64,000 nucleotides of DNA from Candidatus Poribacteria bacterium (GCA_965217715.1 OZ244563.1:2294165-2358164), one strand, 5' to 3'. Shown: positions 41,727-52,077, counted from the first letter of the stretch. The notes: generated by a model from the letters alone, not told the origin. Made by a program: numbers and translations.

Positions 41727-41785
41727 ATCGGGGTTACAAACCCGATGAATACCTTAAGGCATTCATACCGTTGATGCCCTCCTAC
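41727..41785 (-). repeat. GTAG REP interrupted by an AATCAACG-type hairpin
   Basis: atcggggttacaaa[cccgatgaatac..gcattcataccgttgatg]ccctcctac. Confidence 0.75.
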
Positions 41786-41889
41786 AAGAATGTATCACGA
41801 CAATTGAATGGCTCTGAAAACGCTCCATTAAATGCTTGTCAATCAAAGGGATTTATGATAAGATGATACGCAATCAAAGGAGAGAGAAA

Positions 41890-42942
41890 ATGGCAATAGG
41901 ATTAGGTGTTATCGGGATCAATCCTACCAATATGGGTTCAACTGCAACACTGTTGAAGGATGTGCCGGATCTGAATTATGAACTTCGCGGCATCTGCGCA
42001 AAACGAGAGGATATTCTCAAAAACTACGCTAAGGATATCGGAGTCGATTTTTGGACGACTGATTACCGTGAACTGATACAACGTGATGACATATCTGTCA
42101 TTGCTGTCTATTCGCCAGACCATCTGCACGCTGAACATTGCATCGCTGCCATTGAAGCTGGAAAGCACGTTGTCTGCACAAAACCGATGGTAACAAACTT
42201 GGCGGATGCCCAACGTTTGGTAGACTTAGTCAGGAAACACAGTGTTAAATTCCTTGTCGGGCAAACAATGCGATTTGACCTGCAGTTTTTAACGATGAAA
42301 CGGCTCTATGATGATGGTGATTTGGGTGACATCATGGTGGCAGATGCCTATTATGTTCACGACCTACGCGATGTATACGATTTTACGCCATGGCGACTTA
42401 ATGTTCCGCAAGACCTAATGTTTGGCGGTGTTGTACATCCAGTTGACATCCTGCGCAGTTTCCTCGGTGATGTTGAAGAGGTTCACGCTTACGGCACAAA
42501 AGGCACACTCACGCCTAAATACCCTATAAAAAACAACTTCTTTCTCAATTTGAAGTTCAAAGGTGGACAGATTGCAAGGGCGATGGGACTTTACGATGTT
42601 GTCCACCCACCGATGCCCATGATGCAAGTCTCTATTTTCGGTAGCAAAGGCACAATGATTGGAGACTTTACAGATAACAAAGGTGGACAAGTAAAACTCA
42701 TGCTTGATAAGATGTCTGCAAGAGAACCTTTTGAGATGACATGTCCTCCTGAAGTTGACACAAGCGTTTATGGACATGGACAGACAGTTATCCGATATAT
42801 GCGGCATTTTCAGCAGTGTCTTGAAGAAGATTTGGAACCATCACCGAATGTTCTTGACGGTGCGAAGTCTATCGCTGTAGGTGTTGCAGCTTGGGAGTCG
42901 ATTGAAACAGGAAAACCTGTAAGAGTATTTAACGAATTTTAA
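41890..42942 (+). CDS. Gfo/Idh/MocA family oxidoreductase
   Basis: SPDHLH, AGKHVVCTKP, VGQTMRF; start moved to MAIGLG. Confidence 0.9.
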   Translation: MAIGLGVIGINPTNMGSTATLLKDVPDLNYELRGICAKREDILKNYAKDIGVDFWTTDYRELIQRDDISVIAVYSPDHLHAEHCIAAIEAGKHVVCTKPMVTNLADAQRLVDLVRKHSVKFLVGQTMRFDLQFLTMKRLYDDGDLGDIMVADAYYVHDLRDVYDFTPWRLNVPQDLMFGGVVHPVDILRSFLGDVEEVHAYGTKGTLTPKYPIKNNFFLNLKFKGGQIARAMGLYDVVHPPMPMMQVSIFGSKGTMIGDFTDNKGGQVKLMLDKMSAREPFEMTCPPEVDTSVYGHGQTVIRYMRHFQQCLEEDLEPSPNVLDGAKSIAVGVAAWESIETGKPVRVFNEF

Positions 42943-43180
42943 CAAAGGACGCGAATAACAACAGATATAAAATTTTTCTTGAGAGTGTGTAAAGTTTTGG
43001 CATCGGGTTGTTAGTCTTCGCTTGTGATCTATCCATAGATGTCAATTTTGTGTATAATTTAAGTTGCCAAAGAGATTTACAAAAAAAATCCTCCCTGATA
43101 AAGGAGGAAAGGTGGGTTATTTAAGTAAAATCAACGTTAATGAGAAATTATTATCTTTTTGAAAAAACTTAACTTTTTTG

Positions 43181-43209
43181 TTGACAACTTTTTGCACATT
43201 TTCTATAAT
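43181..43209 (+). promoter_or_regulatory. Consensus sigma-70 promoter
   Basis: TTGACA-17 bp-TATAAT. Confidence 0.8.
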
Positions 43210-43385
43210 AGTTTTGTTCATGGTAGTCTCCTATAATGTTTATAGGTGCGCCGACGGTGGCGTAAACACCGATCGACGCGGCACTGCCATAGGCCAGTAT
43301 GACAGAGCTAACCTAATTGTAGCATGAAACCACTTGTTTTGTGTAACTTTTAGGTTAGCACCTAACACGAAAAAGGAGAATTCCG

Positions 43386-44087
43386 ATGAAATATGAAACG
43401 AAGCGGAGCCGCTTTTCATTTCTTACCCTTATTACAACAACCTCGTTGGTACCAATATTAATCGTCTTTTGTATTTACGCAAATCCAATCAGTTGGGCTG
43501 CGAATATACTTACAGGCATGCAAACGCTTAATGATCTTGAAGACGATTTGGTAGAAGCAATTGAATCTCATAATAAAAATGTGAGACGTTATAATCTGGT
43601 TTTTGATGCTCTTAGGGAGTTAACGGAAGAAATCGGCACTCTGGAGACTGAGCGCTCCAATGCATGGACTAATTACTATGATGCAACTGCCGCAGCAAGT
43701 GCTGCCAAAAAAGAGATGAAGCGGATACTCAAGGAGATAGCCAAACGTTCTCCTGAAGATCCTGAAGTCATGTCTTTGTGGGGTGACTACTACGTTCAAC
43801 GCGATATTAAAGTTGAGCAAGAGGCTCTTGCGGATGCTGCGGAAAGCGTGATCCTGTCAAATACGTGGACAATAGCTTGGAAAAGAGTTTGGCTGGGATT
43901 CTTAGAGACGGATTTAGCTTTGCAGACAGATTACTGTTCATATTCTTCACAGAAAGTTAGCAAGAAGCAAGACGAATTTGCCAACCTGAAAACCCTGATA
44001 GATCAACAGATTCAGGAAGCAATAAACAGACATGTTGAGACGCTCCATAACGGTGACACCACTCACATGCATAACCCACCAGAGTGA
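43386..44087 (+). CDS. Hypothetical exported coiled-coil protein with a His-rich C-terminus
   Basis: AAGGAG RBS, signal peptide ending SWA, heptad pattern, ends HVETLHNGDTTHMHNPPE. Confidence 0.78.
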   Translation: MKYETKRSRFSFLTLITTTSLVPILIVFCIYANPISWAANILTGMQTLNDLEDDLVEAIESHNKNVRRYNLVFDALRELTEEIGTLETERSNAWTNYYDATAAASAAKKEMKRILKEIAKRSPEDPEVMSLWGDYYVQRDIKVEQEALADAAESVILSNTWTIAWKRVWLGFLETDLALQTDYCSYSSQKVSKKQDEFANLKTLIDQQIQEAINRHVETLHNGDTTHMHNPPE

Positions 44088-44098
44088 GGTGAACATCT

Positions 44099-45085
44099 AT
44101 GACAAAAAGACAGAAAACAGCAGGCATTTGTGGATTACTCGTTCTTATGTTAGTCGTAATAGGGGTGATTATCTCCCTGAGAGGCCAAGAACATAAGACT
44201 CTGAAAAAAAGTGCATTGACAGATCAACAAGTTCAACGCATTGATACCTCCAAGGACCCCATGCTTACAGACGTTTCCTTGATGGAACATGTTATTGCGG
44301 AGGTGCAAAAGAGTCGGAATGAGTATTTATCTCAATTAGATTTAGACACTCAAAAGCGTTACAAAGAACTCTCTCCAGAATGGACGAAAAAAGAGATTTC
44401 AATGGTACTTGAGAATCTAAAAGAGTGGGGAGACCCACTCTCTCCAGAATGGGGGATGCATCTCAAAAACTTCATTTCCAAGAAAGAAAAAGCCATCGCA
44501 GATTACCGCCGCTTTGGTGAAGAAATGGATACCTTCGGTAAGCTGACGGCGCGCGACTTAGAACAGAAACAGGAAGCACTCGCGAGACTCAAACAATGGC
44601 TTAAGCAGAATGGGTCTCTCATCATAGATGAGGAGTACTTGAATGAGGTAGCTGATCGTGGTGATCCTTCTCATAGGAATCTACTTATGGAGGGACGAGA
44701 GAACCGCATTTCGCAAATGCCTCAAAAGGACTTGGTATCAAAGAAAGATGAACCCACGTTGCAAACATGGCAGGAGCATCTCAAAAGAGAGATATCTGAT
44801 TTAAAAATGGAAATCAGAAAAAAATATCCTGGAGCTTTTGCAATTCCATACCTCACTCAAGAGGAACTTGGACATCTCTACCCTACCGAGTCAGACCGGA
44901 TGGCACTTGAAAACCAGAAGCAGCAGATGCAAAATGCCATCACCTTACATGTCCAAAACGTGTTATCAGAAGATACTTCCAGCAACAGAGCGGAGAAACT
45001 TGCTCTTATTAGGGATACACTCTCAGAAAACTGGGATGCGGACTTTGCAGAGGCTGTCATCCGCCAGTTGCAACAGGAAAAATAA
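44099..45085 (+). CDS. Hypothetical N-terminally anchored, probably all-helical protein
   Basis: GAGGTG RBS, single TM segment, charged helical body. Confidence 0.78.
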   Translation: MTKRQKTAGICGLLVLMLVVIGVIISLRGQEHKTLKKSALTDQQVQRIDTSKDPMLTDVSLMEHVIAEVQKSRNEYLSQLDLDTQKRYKELSPEWTKKEISMVLENLKEWGDPLSPEWGMHLKNFISKKEKAIADYRRFGEEMDTFGKLTARDLEQKQEALARLKQWLKQNGSLIIDEEYLNEVADRGDPSHRNLLMEGRENRISQMPQKDLVSKKDEPTLQTWQEHLKREISDLKMEIRKKYPGAFAIPYLTQEELGHLYPTESDRMALENQKQQMQNAITLHVQNVLSEDTSSNRAEKLALIRDTLSENWDADFAEAVIRQLQQEK

Positions 45086-45107
45086 CATAGGTTGTTTAAC
45101 AAAATAA

Positions 45108-45145
45108 AAGGCAGGTAACCGATGTGTTACCTGCCTTGTTTATTA
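45108..45145 (+). terminator. Rho-independent terminator
   Basis: aaggcaggtaac-cgatgt-gttacctgcctt followed by a T-rich tail. Confidence 0.85.
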
Positions 45146-45174
45146 TTAAATGTTTCTAAAACCTCACACGCGAT

Positions 45175-45247
45175 TGTCTGAATCGAAAACATTCACACCG
45201 TCAACAATCCTATAAATCCAATAATCCTGCTAATCTTGGTTCAGACA
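45175..45247. repeat. Small element with TGTCTGAA/TTCAGACA ends and aatcc repeats at 9-bp period
   Basis: tgtctgaa...aatcctata aatccaat aatcctgct aatcttgg ttcagaca. Confidence 0.55.
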
Positions 45248-45349
45248 TTAAGCACTGTCAAATGTGTATAAAGCATTTGGTGGGATTGATATGTTTATGG
45301 CAACTCTGTCCATTGAATCTATGTGCCAAAAACTTTAGACACTTTTTTC

Positions 45350-45393
45350 TTGACATTAGTTGGACGTTAATATATAATTTAGGTATACCTAAA
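45350..45393 (+). promoter_or_regulatory. Sigma-70 promoter with an overlapping DtxR/MntR-type operator
   Basis: TTGACA(45350)-17-TATAAT(45373); perfect palindrome TTTAGGTATACCTAAA at 45378-45393. Confidence 0.85.
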
Positions 45394-45517
45394 ATAATTT
45401 CTCAATGTTTGTAACAATTTTGGCATATATTGCCTAAATTCAGGTGGGTTAGACCTACCAAATACCGCAAAATAAGGAATTACACACACTGCGTATTTCT
45501 GGCGGATTGGAAGACTA

Positions 45518-46189
45518 ATGCTTACGCAAGCGGCTGAGGACTACCTCAAGTCAATCTATAAATTACAAGAAAAAGGTGGTAAAGTGTCAACCGGTATTTT
45601 GGCAGAATACCTTGACGTTAAGCCAGCGTCTGCTACAGGAATGATCAAAAAGCTGAAAAGTATGCACCTTGTGAGCCATGAGCGCTATCAAGGTGTTACG
45701 CTTACGGAGACTGGAAAAGCTATTGCGCTTGAAATCATCCGACACCATCGCTTATTGGAACTATATCTATTCAAAGCACTCGGTGTGCCGTGGGATGGTG
45801 TGCATGAGGAAGCAGAAAAATTGGAGCATGTGATTTCAGAAGATGTGGAGGCACGGATGGATGAGTTTCTCGGTTACCCAACTGCTGATCCGCACGGTTC
45901 ACCGATTCCAGATAAAAACGGTGTTGTGCCGAAAAAAGCGTCTATGCCGATGACAGATTTAAGGAACGGACAATCATGTGTTGTCGCCGAAGTGAGTGAT
46001 AGTGATTCAGCCATGCTCCGTCATTTGGGTAGTTTTAATCTGTACCCTGGTACAGCATTCCGGATTATTGAGGTTGCCCCATTTGAAGGTCCCTTCACTA
46101 TTGATATTGCTGGACAGCAAGCAGTAATTGGGCGCGAGGTTGCAAAAAATATATTCGTTAATAATGTACAAGAAACAGATAATGTGTAG
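45518..46189 (+). CDS. DtxR/MntR family metal-dependent repressor with a FeoA/SH3 domain
   Basis: EDYLKSIY, RHHRLLE, EAEKLEH, DPHGSPIP. Confidence 0.95.
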   Translation: MLTQAAEDYLKSIYKLQEKGGKVSTGILAEYLDVKPASATGMIKKLKSMHLVSHERYQGVTLTETGKAIALEIIRHHRLLELYLFKALGVPWDGVHEEAEKLEHVISEDVEARMDEFLGYPTADPHGSPIPDKNGVVPKKASMPMTDLRNGQSCVVAEVSDSDSAMLRHLGSFNLYPGTAFRIIEVAPFEGPFTIDIAGQQAVIGREVAKNIFVNNVQETDNV

Positions 46190-46208
46190 GCGCGCTTTGA
46201 AAGCGCGC
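46186..46208. repeat. GTAG REP overlapping the repressor stop codon
   Basis: gTAGgcgcgctttgaaagcgcgc; the TAG of GTAG is the stop codon. Confidence 0.75.
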
Positions 46209-46231
46209 TAATTACTATAAAGGATCTCCAA

Positions 46232-47365
46232 ATGGAACAGCAGGAAAAGATTAAACCAGATGAAAAAACTATCAAGACATGGAAACACCATCTACAAGAT
46301 GAAATAGATGCAAGTTTCCTCTACAGCGTTTTGGCAAACCTTGAACCCGACCCAGACCGAAAAGATATACTCCTTGAACTTGCTGAGGTGGAAAATCGGC
46401 ATGTCGCGCGTTGGGAGGAGATACTGACTTCATACGATATCAAGATTAAGCAACAACGTCCTACTTTCAAAGCAAGGTTCTGGGCATGGTATGCACGTAA
46501 GTTTGGGAGTCCCTATCCACTTGCACGTATGCTGAATGAAGAGGCGAATGAAGTTAAAGATTATCTAACGCTCCACAGAAACAGCACGTTGGCAGACGCA
46601 AAAGAAACAGCGCTTGATTTAGCTAAAGAGTCTGCAATGCATACTGAAAGTTTAAAGGAACTCACTGGCACAAGTGATGAACCTTGGCACAAAACTGAAT
46701 CCGGCGGCACCTTGGGTAATATAATTTATGGTTTTAACGATGGATTAACGGCAAACTTCGGTTTAGTCGCAGGTGTTATCGCCGCAACTTCAGATGTCTC
46801 AACAATTCTTGTGACAGGCATTGTTGGAACAGTGGCGGACTCGCTCTCTATGGGTGCTTCGGGGTACCTTGCTGCCAAAAGTGAACAGGAGGTGTACGAA
46901 CACGAAATTGAAGTGGAAAGGGAAGAAATACTTCTCATGCCAGATATTGAGGAGGACGAACTCACACTTATTTATGCGACTCGAGGCATCCCGAAGGAAC
47001 ATGCTCGCCTCCTTGCGAAGGAAGTGATGAGCGATCCTGAAAGGGCATTAGAGGAAAAAATTCAAGCTGAACTTAAGATTGGCGAAAGCCACACAACACC
47101 ATACAAAGAGGGATGGATTACTGGACTTGCAACCGCTGTCGGTGCTTTTATTCCTGTTGCGCCGTTCCTGTTTACTTCAGGATTAGCTGCTATATGGATT
47201 TCTTTTACGCTTGCGATGTTTTCGCACTTTGCAGTCGGTGCAGCACGGAGCCTTTTCACCGGACGCGCCATAATTCGAAGCGGTTTTGATATGTTCGTAG
47301 TCGGGCTCGGTGTTGCGGGGGTCGGTTATCTTGTTGGTAAACTCTTAGAACGCTTCTTATTTTAG
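46232..47365 (+). CDS. Ferritin-like (rubrerythrin)-VIT1/CCC1 fusion metal transporter
   Basis: ExxH motifs (ENRH, ESAMH), YGFNDGL, SMGASGYLAAKSE. Confidence 0.9.
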   Translation: MEQQEKIKPDEKTIKTWKHHLQDEIDASFLYSVLANLEPDPDRKDILLELAEVENRHVARWEEILTSYDIKIKQQRPTFKARFWAWYARKFGSPYPLARMLNEEANEVKDYLTLHRNSTLADAKETALDLAKESAMHTESLKELTGTSDEPWHKTESGGTLGNIIYGFNDGLTANFGLVAGVIAATSDVSTILVTGIVGTVADSLSMGASGYLAAKSEQEVYEHEIEVEREEILLMPDIEEDELTLIYATRGIPKEHARLLAKEVMSDPERALEEKIQAELKIGESHTTPYKEGWITGLATAVGAFIPVAPFLFTSGLAAIWISFTLAMFSHFAVGAARSLFTGRAIIRSGFDMFVVGLGVAGVGYLVGKLLERFLF

Positions 47366-47371
47366 AACACT

Positions 47372-48406
47372 TTGGAAATTGAAATTATGTTTAAAATATA
47401 TCTTTCACTATCAAAAATGTTAACACGAAATTTAAACGTGTTTGCACCATTAATACATAAAGTATGTGTGTCCCTATGTTTAGTAGTTATTTTGACAAGT
47501 GTTGGTTGTGACCCTAAAAATACATCGGATGTGTCAACGGAAGGGAAAATTCGAGTTGTTACCACAATTGGGATGATTACCGATATTGTCAAAAACGTTG
47601 GAGGCGAACAGGTTGACGTAATTGGACTGATGGGTCCTGGGGTTGATCCGCACCTTTACAAACCAACTGCTAAAGATGTCCAAAGACTAAGATCAGCACA
47701 CATCATCTTCTATAACGGATTGCACCTTGAGGCGAAAATGTCGGATGTGCTTGCTGATATGTCGGGAGATGCCAAAACCGTTGCAGTAACAGATGGTGTT
47801 GAACAAGCACTGCTGTTTTCACCACCGGAATTAGATGGGCAATATGACCCACATTTATGGTTTGATGTGACACTTTGGATGAAATCAGTAGAAAAAGTTC
47901 GTGATACACTGAGTGAGTCTAATCCTGATAATGAGACAGTTTACCAAAACAATACTGAACGTTACCTCGCGGAACTCGCTGAACTACATGAATATGTTAA
48001 AACACAGGTAGAGCGCGTGCCGCCTGAACAACGCGTGCTTGTGACAGCACACGATGCATTTAACTACTTCGGGCAGGCTTATGGATTTGAAGTGCGCGGG
48101 TTGCAAGGTATTAACACTGCCACTGAAGCAGGTATAGCAGATGTTCAGGAATTGGCGACCTTTATAGCAGAACGACGAATTCCAGCAATTTTCGTTGAAT
48201 CATCTGTTTCTACGAGGAGCCTTGAGGCAGTGAAAGCTGCTGTAAAATCAAAAGGGTTTGATGTGCAAATCGGTGGTGAGCTTTTTTCAGACGCTATGGG
48301 AAATGATGGAACACCAGAAGGCTCTTATATCGGTATGGTTCGGCACAACATTGATACGATTGTCCAAGCATTGACGGGAGAAACTACTTCTACAGAGGAA
48401 AACTAA
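47372..48406 (+). CDS. Mn/Zn/Fe ABC transporter substrate-binding lipoprotein (TroA-like)
   Basis: Lipobox SVGC, DPHLY, DPHLW, HDAF, FSD; true start probably downstream. Confidence 0.92.
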   Translation: MEIEIMFKIYLSLSKMLTRNLNVFAPLIHKVCVSLCLVVILTSVGCDPKNTSDVSTEGKIRVVTTIGMITDIVKNVGGEQVDVIGLMGPGVDPHLYKPTAKDVQRLRSAHIIFYNGLHLEAKMSDVLADMSGDAKTVAVTDGVEQALLFSPPELDGQYDPHLWFDVTLWMKSVEKVRDTLSESNPDNETVYQNNTERYLAELAELHEYVKTQVERVPPEQRVLVTAHDAFNYFGQAYGFEVRGLQGINTATEAGIADVQELATFIAERRIPAIFVESSVSTRSLEAVKAAVKSKGFDVQIGGELFSDAMGNDGTPEGSYIGMVRHNIDTIVQALTGETTSTEEN

Positions 48407-48407
48407 A

Positions 48408-49151
48408 TTGCAAGCACCTGACGTAAAAGCTATTCAAGTAACTGATCTGACAGTTGCTTATCAGGAAACACCTGTTCTATGGGACATTGACCTTGATGTG
48501 CCACCGGGTGTGCTTTTAGCTATCGTTGGTCCCAATGGTGCAGGGAAAACTACGCTAATCAAGGCGATTTTAGGGTTAGTCCGTCCTGCTGCTGGCAATG
48601 TCTTAATTTACAACAAACCTTATGAGGCACAACGACGAATTGTCGGTTATGTGCCACAACGGGGCAGTGTTGACTGGGATTTTCCAACAAATGTACTTGA
48701 TGTCGTTATGATGGGCAGATATGGGGCACTTGGCTGGATTAAGCGTCCCGGAAAACATGACCGCGAACTGGCGATGCATGCACTTGAAAAAGTTGGTATG
48801 GAGAAGTATACTACCCGACAGATTAGCCAACTTTCCGGTGGGCAACAGCAACGTGTCTTTCTTGCACGTGCCCTCGTCCAAGATGCCACAATATACCTGA
48901 TGGACGAACCTTTTCAAGGTGTCGACGCTACTACCGAACGCGCCATCGTTACTTTACTTCAGGAACTACGTGAAAACGGCAAAACAGTCGTTGTGGTGCA
49001 TCACGATCTGCAAACTGTAACCGACTATTTCGATTGGGTAACGTTATTAAACATTCGCCGAATTGCCAGCGGTCCTGTTGATGAAACTTTTACCTCTGAA
49101 AATTTACGTGAAACTTACGGCGGACGGATCGCTTTCATGAAAAATCGATAA
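48408..49151 (+). CDS. Metal ABC transporter ATPase (TroB-like)
   Basis: [26 protein letters not shown]. Confidence 0.93.
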   Translation: MQAPDVKAIQVTDLTVAYQETPVLWDIDLDVPPGVLLAIVGPNGAGKTTLIKAILGLVRPAAGNVLIYNKPYEAQRRIVGYVPQRGSVDWDFPTNVLDVVMMGRYGALGWIKRPGKHDRELAMHALEKVGMEKYTTRQISQLSGGQQQRVFLARALVQDATIYLMDEPFQGVDATTERAIVTLLQELRENGKTVVVVHHDLQTVTDYFDWVTLLNIRRIASGPVDETFTSENLRETYGGRIAFMKNR

Positions 49152-49160
49152 AACGTATTT

Positions 49161-49183
49161 GTAGGAGCGGTTTTCAACCGTGA
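49161..49183. repeat. GTAG REP
   Basis: gtaggagcggttttcaaccgtga. Confidence 0.65.
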
Positions 49184-49209
49184 TTTCCCAGTGTGCAATT
49201 CAATAAATC

Positions 49210-50175
49210 ATGGAAAATCTTTACTTTCTAACCCGTTTTGATTATACCCTCGTAATTGTAGCAAGCGGTGCTGCCCTACTTGGTACGGTTAGCGGGGCAC
49301 TTGGGACTTATGCCGTTTTACGACGGCAGAGCCTACTCGGCGATGCTATTTCACATGCTGCACTGCCCGGCATTGCAATCGCATTTATGCTGACAGGGAA
49401 CAAAACGCCGTTGATTTTGGTGCTTGGCGCAGCAATCGCAGGGTGGTTTGGCACGCTCATCATTCTAAGCATCGTCAGGTTAACACGTATTAAATATGAT
49501 AGTGCATTTGGTCTTGTGTTATCTACGTTTTTTGGGTTCGGTTTGGTACTGCTCACACTGATACAACGCAACGGTAATGCAAATCAGGCAGGGTTGGATG
49601 AATTCCTCTTTGGGCAAGCAGCCACAATTCTGGAGCGCGATGTCCTAACGATTGGCATACTCGGTGGTATAGCACTTATTGTTATGCTTATCTTGTGGAA
49701 AGAGTTAAAACTGCTTGTTTTTGATGAGGGGTTTGCCGCATCCATTGGGCTTCCGATCCGTGCGCTTGACATTCTGTTGACAAGTCTCCTTGTGATTGCG
49801 ATTGTCCTCGGACTACAAGCAGTTGGTGCAGTGCTAATGAGTGCGATGTTAGTTGCTCCTGCAGTTGCTGCGCGACAGTGGACAGACAGACTCAACCTGA
49901 TGGTGATTCTCGCTGGGTGTTTCGGCGCACTTGCGGGGGTGAGTGGCACCATCATCAGCAGTACAGCGACACGTATTCCGACCGGTCCAACGATTATCCT
50001 CTGCGCGACAGTTGTGGTTGGACTTTCAATCACTTTTGCACCAAACCGTGGTTTGTTGTGGAACAGTATTAGACAACGTCGAAGCAGACGTAGCTTGAGG
50101 ATAGCCACAAATAGATTAGTTGGAGCAGCCGCGACAGAAAACCGGATAAAAGAAAATGATACAAGATCATCTTGA
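49210..50175 (+). CDS. Metal ABC transporter permease (TroC-like)
   Basis: GDAISHAALPG, multiple TM segments. Confidence 0.92.
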   Translation: MENLYFLTRFDYTLVIVASGAALLGTVSGALGTYAVLRRQSLLGDAISHAALPGIAIAFMLTGNKTPLILVLGAAIAGWFGTLIILSIVRLTRIKYDSAFGLVLSTFFGFGLVLLTLIQRNGNANQAGLDEFLFGQAATILERDVLTIGILGGIALIVMLILWKELKLLVFDEGFAASIGLPIRALDILLTSLLVIAIVLGLQAVGAVLMSAMLVAPAVAARQWTDRLNLMVILAGCFGALAGVSGTIISSTATRIPTGPTIILCATVVVGLSITFAPNRGLLWNSIRQRRSRRSLRIATNRLVGAAATENRIKENDTRSS

Positions 50176-51265
50176 CATCTTACTTATTGCCATAGTAACA
50201 GCGTCAGCATGTGCGTTACCCGGTGTATTCTTGGTGCTACGCCGAATGACGTTGATGAGCGATGCGATTAGCCACGCTATTCTTCCCGGTATAGTTCTTG
50301 CGTTTTTTCTGACGCATAGCCTTTCGTCGCCGTTACTGATTCTCGCTGCCACTGTGACCGGTGTACTCACTGTTGTTTTCGTCGAATTGCTACAAAAAAC
50401 GAAACTCGTGAAAGAGGATGCCGCAATCGGATTGACTTTCCCTGCTCTTTTCAGCATCGGGGTAATTCTCATTTCCCGATACTCAAGTAATATCCATCTT
50501 GATTTGGATGCGGTTCTTCTCGGTGAACTCGCCTACGCCCCACTCAACCGATTGGAGATTTCTCGCTACGATCTGGGGCCTACATCACTGTATGTGATGA
50601 GCGGAATGCTTATATTGAATCTCCTCTTTATTCTGATATTCTACAAAGAATTAAAGTTAGCAACGTTTGATGCAAGTTTAGCCGCGACATTAGGATTCGC
50701 GCCTGCTCTTATCCATTATGGATTGATGACATTAGTTTCTATGACGACGGTAGGGGCATTTGATGCAGTCGGTTCTATTTTAGTTGTCGCACTTATCGCC
50801 GGTCCGCCTGCTACCGCTTATCTGATGACTGATAGTCTCGCACGGATGCTAATTCTAAGTGTTGTTATAGGATGTGTTAATGCTGTGACAGGCTATTGGC
50901 TTGCATACATTTTTGATGTCTCAATTGCGGGAACTATCGCGACGATGACATTTCTTGTTTTCGGACTTATTTTTATGATGGTCCCAAATCGCGGACTCAT
51001 CGCAATTGCGCGCAGACACATCCGCCAAAAATGGGAGTTTGCACAGACGATGCTTGTTATCCATCTCTTAAATCACGAAGGACTTCCAGAAGCACACGAA
51101 GAATCTGAGATAGCACACCTTCACGAGCATCTCCGATGGGAACCGACATTCGCTACACGGGTTGTTAAGTATGCCCTAAATAACCGATATGTGTCGCAAG
51201 AGACAACGCAGCTAATGCTAACAGATCGGGGACGTTCCGTCGCGCAACAGGCGCTTGTGCAATAA
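50156..51265 (+). CDS. Metal ABC transporter permease (TroD-like) with a C-terminal wHTH-like extension
   Basis: SDAISHAILPG, multiple TM segments, C-terminal HLLNHE...LTDRG. Confidence 0.9.
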   Translation: MIQDHLDILLIAIVTASACALPGVFLVLRRMTLMSDAISHAILPGIVLAFFLTHSLSSPLLILAATVTGVLTVVFVELLQKTKLVKEDAAIGLTFPALFSIGVILISRYSSNIHLDLDAVLLGELAYAPLNRLEISRYDLGPTSLYVMSGMLILNLLFILIFYKELKLATFDASLAATLGFAPALIHYGLMTLVSMTTVGAFDAVGSILVVALIAGPPATAYLMTDSLARMLILSVVIGCVNAVTGYWLAYIFDVSIAGTIATMTFLVFGLIFMMVPNRGLIAIARRHIRQKWEFAQTMLVIHLLNHEGLPEAHEESEIAHLHEHLRWEPTFATRVVKYALNNRYVSQETTQLMLTDRGRSVAQQALVQ

Positions 51266-51284
51266 CCTTCCTGCCGTGCTATGT

Positions 51285-51405
51285 TAGGGTTATTTAGTTC
51301 TCCATATTTTCGGTTATTCTTGAATGCCCCTCTTGCTGTAGGAGCGAGCTCCAGCTCGCGACTTTTGACGAAAATGTGCAAAAACCCTAAAACTAAATAA
51401 CCCTG
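51285..51405. mobile_element. MITE family A, copy 3, carrying a different single REP
   Basis: tagggttatttagtt / aactaaataaccctg; perfect flanking repeat cgtgctatgt; cargo gtaggagcgagctccagctcgcgac (51338-51362). Confidence 0.9.
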
Positions 51406-51424
51406 CGTGCTATGTTCAATAATC

Positions 51425-51453
51425 TTGACATCACTACGTGCCTACGTTATAAT
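51425..51453 (+). promoter_or_regulatory. Consensus sigma-70 promoter
   Basis: TTGACA-17 bp-TATAAT upstream of the Uma2 gene. Confidence 0.8.
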
Positions 51454-51483
51454 GAAATTATCAATACATAAGTGGAGGGAGTC

Positions 51484-52077
51484 ATGGCAATTAGTGCAGT
51501 CCAAACCTATCTAAGCCCAGAAGAATACATTACTTTAGAACGTAAGACGATCCCTGATGCTGACACTGTCAGAAGTGAATACGTTAAAGGGAAAATTGTC
51601 GCTATGTCTGGTGCAAGTCGCGTGCATAATCTTATTTCAGGCAATATTTTTGGCGAACTCCGCAATCGCTTAAAAGGCAGCGGATGTGAAACCTATAAGA
51701 GCGAAATGCGTGTAAGCACACCTTGCACTTCATCCTATTTCTATCCAGATGTCGTTGCCGTTTGTGATGAACCACGTTTTGAAGACGATGTTTTTGACAC
51801 ACTCCTCAATCCAATCATTATTGTAGAAGTACTATCTCCAAGTACGGAGACTTATGATAGAGGTGAAAAATTATTACACTACAGACAACTTGAATCCTTG
51901 AAAGAATACATCCTTGTATCACAAGATAGGGTATATGTTGAACGATATCTCCGAAAACAGGAGGAATGGGGTTATACTTCCTTTCAAGAACTTGATGAAG
52001 TTCTTCCGCTTACCTCTATTCAGTGCGAATTACCACTTCAGGAAATATATGAAAACGTTAAATTCCGTGAAAGGTAA
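51484..52077 (+). CDS. Uma2 (DUF820) family endonuclease-like protein
   Basis: [30 protein letters not shown]. Confidence 0.92.
   Translation: MAISAVQTYLSPEEYITLERKTIPDADTVRSEYVKGKIVAMSGASRVHNLISGNIFGELRNRLKGSGCETYKSEMRVSTPCTSSYFYPDVVAVCDEPRFEDDVFDTLLNPIIIVEVLSPSTETYDRGEKLLHYRQLESLKEYILVSQDRVYVERYLRKQEEWGYTSFQELDEVLPLTSIQCELPLQEIYENVKFRER

Noticed and set aside
41536-41866. Two 61-aa ORFs upstream of the Gfo/Idh/MocA gene
   Set aside because: They are translations of MITE and REP repeats with no independent coding evidence.
43128-43150. A sixth AATCAACG hairpin copy
   Set aside because: aatcaacg is present, but no stem or CGGG end follows.
51484-52077. Uma2 nuclease as the mobiliser of the adjacent MITE, or as a defence system
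   Set aside because: It is a stand-alone DUF820 protein with no DDE or HUH motifs and no partner genes; adjacency alone is insufficient.
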